Source of the DNA: a virus
Taxonomy: Duplodnaviria > Caudoviricetes
IMG/VR virus record: IMGVR_UViG_3300005805_000394
Location: 1-26,822 of that record
Length of the DNA stretch: 26,822 nucleotides
Reading direction: 5' to 3' (one strand)
Position numbers and translations under genes: made by a program. The notes under the pieces are model-generated. The model saw only the letters and a list, made by a program, of their open reading frames with translations, did not search any database and was not told the origin of the DNA. This document shows positions 25,337 to 26,822 of this stretch, piece by piece. The first letter of the stretch is position 1. Each line of letters starts with the position of its first letter.

Positions 25337-25672
25337 TCAGACTTCCTTTTCCCAGCCGATCACCGTAACATTGACAACGTTAGCTACATCAGCCAAACCT
25401 TGCAATGTTTCAGCAGCTGTGAGTACTAATGCCGTATCAAAAACTATAATATCATTTGCACCAATTGGAAGCTGCGAAATGATTCTATTGGCAGCCGTTG
25501 CTGCCGTACCGATTGCAAGAGAGAATGTTCTGTCTACTGTGTCGGTATTGGTAACAATGATTTGTTTAATAACCTCAACCCGGCTTGATGCGACGGTTGC
25601 AATTGTTGTCGTTGTAGTACCCAACTGAGTTGGACCACCAAGCCTTGATTCTGTTCTATCTCCTACTGCCAT
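25337..25672 (-). CDS. ~110-aa adaptor-like protein (cassette A)
   Basis: MAVGDRTESRL...VIKQIIVTNTDTVDRTFSL...LVLTAAETLQG...VNVTVIGWE. AAGGAG RBS with a TATAAT motif upstream. Confidence 0.7.
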   Translation of the reverse strand: MAVGDRTESRLGGPTQLGTTTTTIATVASSRVEVIKQIIVTNTDTVDRTFSLAIGTAATAANRIISQLPIGANDIIVFDTALVLTAAETLQGLADVANVVNVTVIGWEKEV

Positions 25673-25703
25673 ATGTTACACTCCTTGTATATTATACATT
25701 AAA

Positions 25704-26822
25704 TTATGCCCCAATGTCCATAATAAATATGGCTGCGGCATTAGATGTCATTGGGTTACTTGAAACTTGTGTCCATTCCAACCCGGTTGCTGTTGCAGAA
25801 TTAGCAGCAAGAACATAACCATTTGTTCCAGCCGAAAGTTTAGAAATCGTATTATCTGCCGTGCCGACGATGAGATCACCTTTGGCATCAATTTGATTAA
25901 TAATTGTATTGAATGGAGCAGCTCCAACTTCAACCCAATATCCATCATAATAAATATAAGTTCCGGCATCACTTGAGTTGTACCAGATTTGACCTGCAAT
26001 TGGGCTTGATGGGGCTGTCTCGCTAACGATTGCAGACATTCCCGTTGCACCGACTTCAATCCATGAAGAATCATAATAAACATATGTAGCAGCATTATTT
26101 GAATTAAACCAGATTTGACCAGCAACTGGGCTTGATGGAGCCGTATCGCTAATTGTTACACCGAGCGGGTTTCCACCAATTTCAACCCAGAATGAATCAT
26201 AATATACATATGTCTTACCATCATCTGAGTCAAACCATAGAGACCCAGTTGTTGGCGATGAAGGTGCAGAGCTTGATACAGCTGCACCACCAGCACCCAA
26301 CTCTGTATAGTTTGTACCATCAACTGTAAATTCCCATTTATCCGTTGTCTCATTCCAGCGAATGGCAACATTTGTAGAATCTCCTCTTTCAACTTCAACA
26401 CCAGCATTTAGAGAAGGAGATCCAGTAACTCCAGAGTTGAGTAGAACAAAGTTATCTTCAACATTAAGATTGGCAGTATTAAGAGTTGTTGTATTTCCAT
26501 TAACAGTCAAGTCTCCTGTGACTGTAAGATTATTTGCAATGGTAACATTTGATGGAAGGCTGATTGTAACATTAGCGCCTTCACTGCCGGAACCAGTAAC
26601 TGTAATTTCATTAGCCGTACCAGATATACCAGCGACATAGTTGCCCACAGTATCTGTACCAAGATCAATTACATCATTAATCCAAATTGTTCCATTATAC
26701 TTTAAAAATTCACCAGATGCGACTGTATTTGAAATAGCAACATTATGAAGTTCATCAAGTTCATAGCCATTCTGTGTTGCTACATAAATAATGCCATTAA
26801 TGGTTGCACGAACAACAACACC
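25704..26822 (-). CDS. Long fibre-like structural protein (partial; start lies beyond the right edge)
   Basis: The frame stays open past the track's GTG 26648 to the window edge (GVVRATINGIIYVATQNGYELDELHNV...). Three APSSPxxGxxWxxSxxxxTYxYYDxxWxExG repeats; C-terminal AAAIFIMDIGA. Confidence 0.8.
   Translation of the reverse strand, partial: GVVVRATINGIIYVATQNGYELDELHNVAISNTVASGEFLKYNGTIWINDVIDLGTDTVGNYVAGISGTANEITVTGSGSEGANVTISLPSNVTIANNLTVTGDLTVNGNTTTLNTANLNVEDNFVLLNSGVTGSPSLNAGVEVERGDSTNVAIRWNETTDKWEFTVDGTNYTELGAGGAAVSSSAPSSPTTGSLWFDSDDGKTYVYYDSFWVEIGGNPLGVTISDTAPSSPVAGQIWFNSNNAATYVYYDSSWIEVGATGMSAIVSETAPSSPIAGQIWYNSSDAGTYIYYDGYWVEVGAAPFNTIINQIDAKGDLIVGTADNTISKLSAGTNGYVLAANSATATGLEWTQVSSNPMTSNAAAIFIMDIGA

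Overview
The window is a segment of a tailed dsDNA phage (siphovirus-like) structural and lysis region, with every credible gene on the minus strand. In transcription order (right to left) it holds: (i) a ~12 kb array (14591-26822) of four repeated cassettes, each made of an anchor or fibre protein, a ~120-aa adaptor-like protein, one or two glycine-rich adhesin-like proteins and usually a small companion protein; (ii) a cell-surface module of a lipoprotein, a 2-TM protein and a 792-aa lectin-like/PA14/Thr-stalk membrane protein; (iii) two holin-like genes and an M15 peptidase endolysin; (iv) small fibre-like genes and head-tail joining genes; (v) the major tail protein, a tail assembly chaperone pair whose second ORF needs a non-canonical frameshift, and a >1600-aa tape measure protein that runs off the left edge. 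TG-N-TANNNT promoter motifs, near-leaderless starts and a GC-rich major tail gene hint at an actinobacterial host (inference). The most novel-looking element is the cassette array, where the anchor C-terminal peptide type appears to covary with the adaptor type. All assignments come from reading motifs and gene order; no searches were run.
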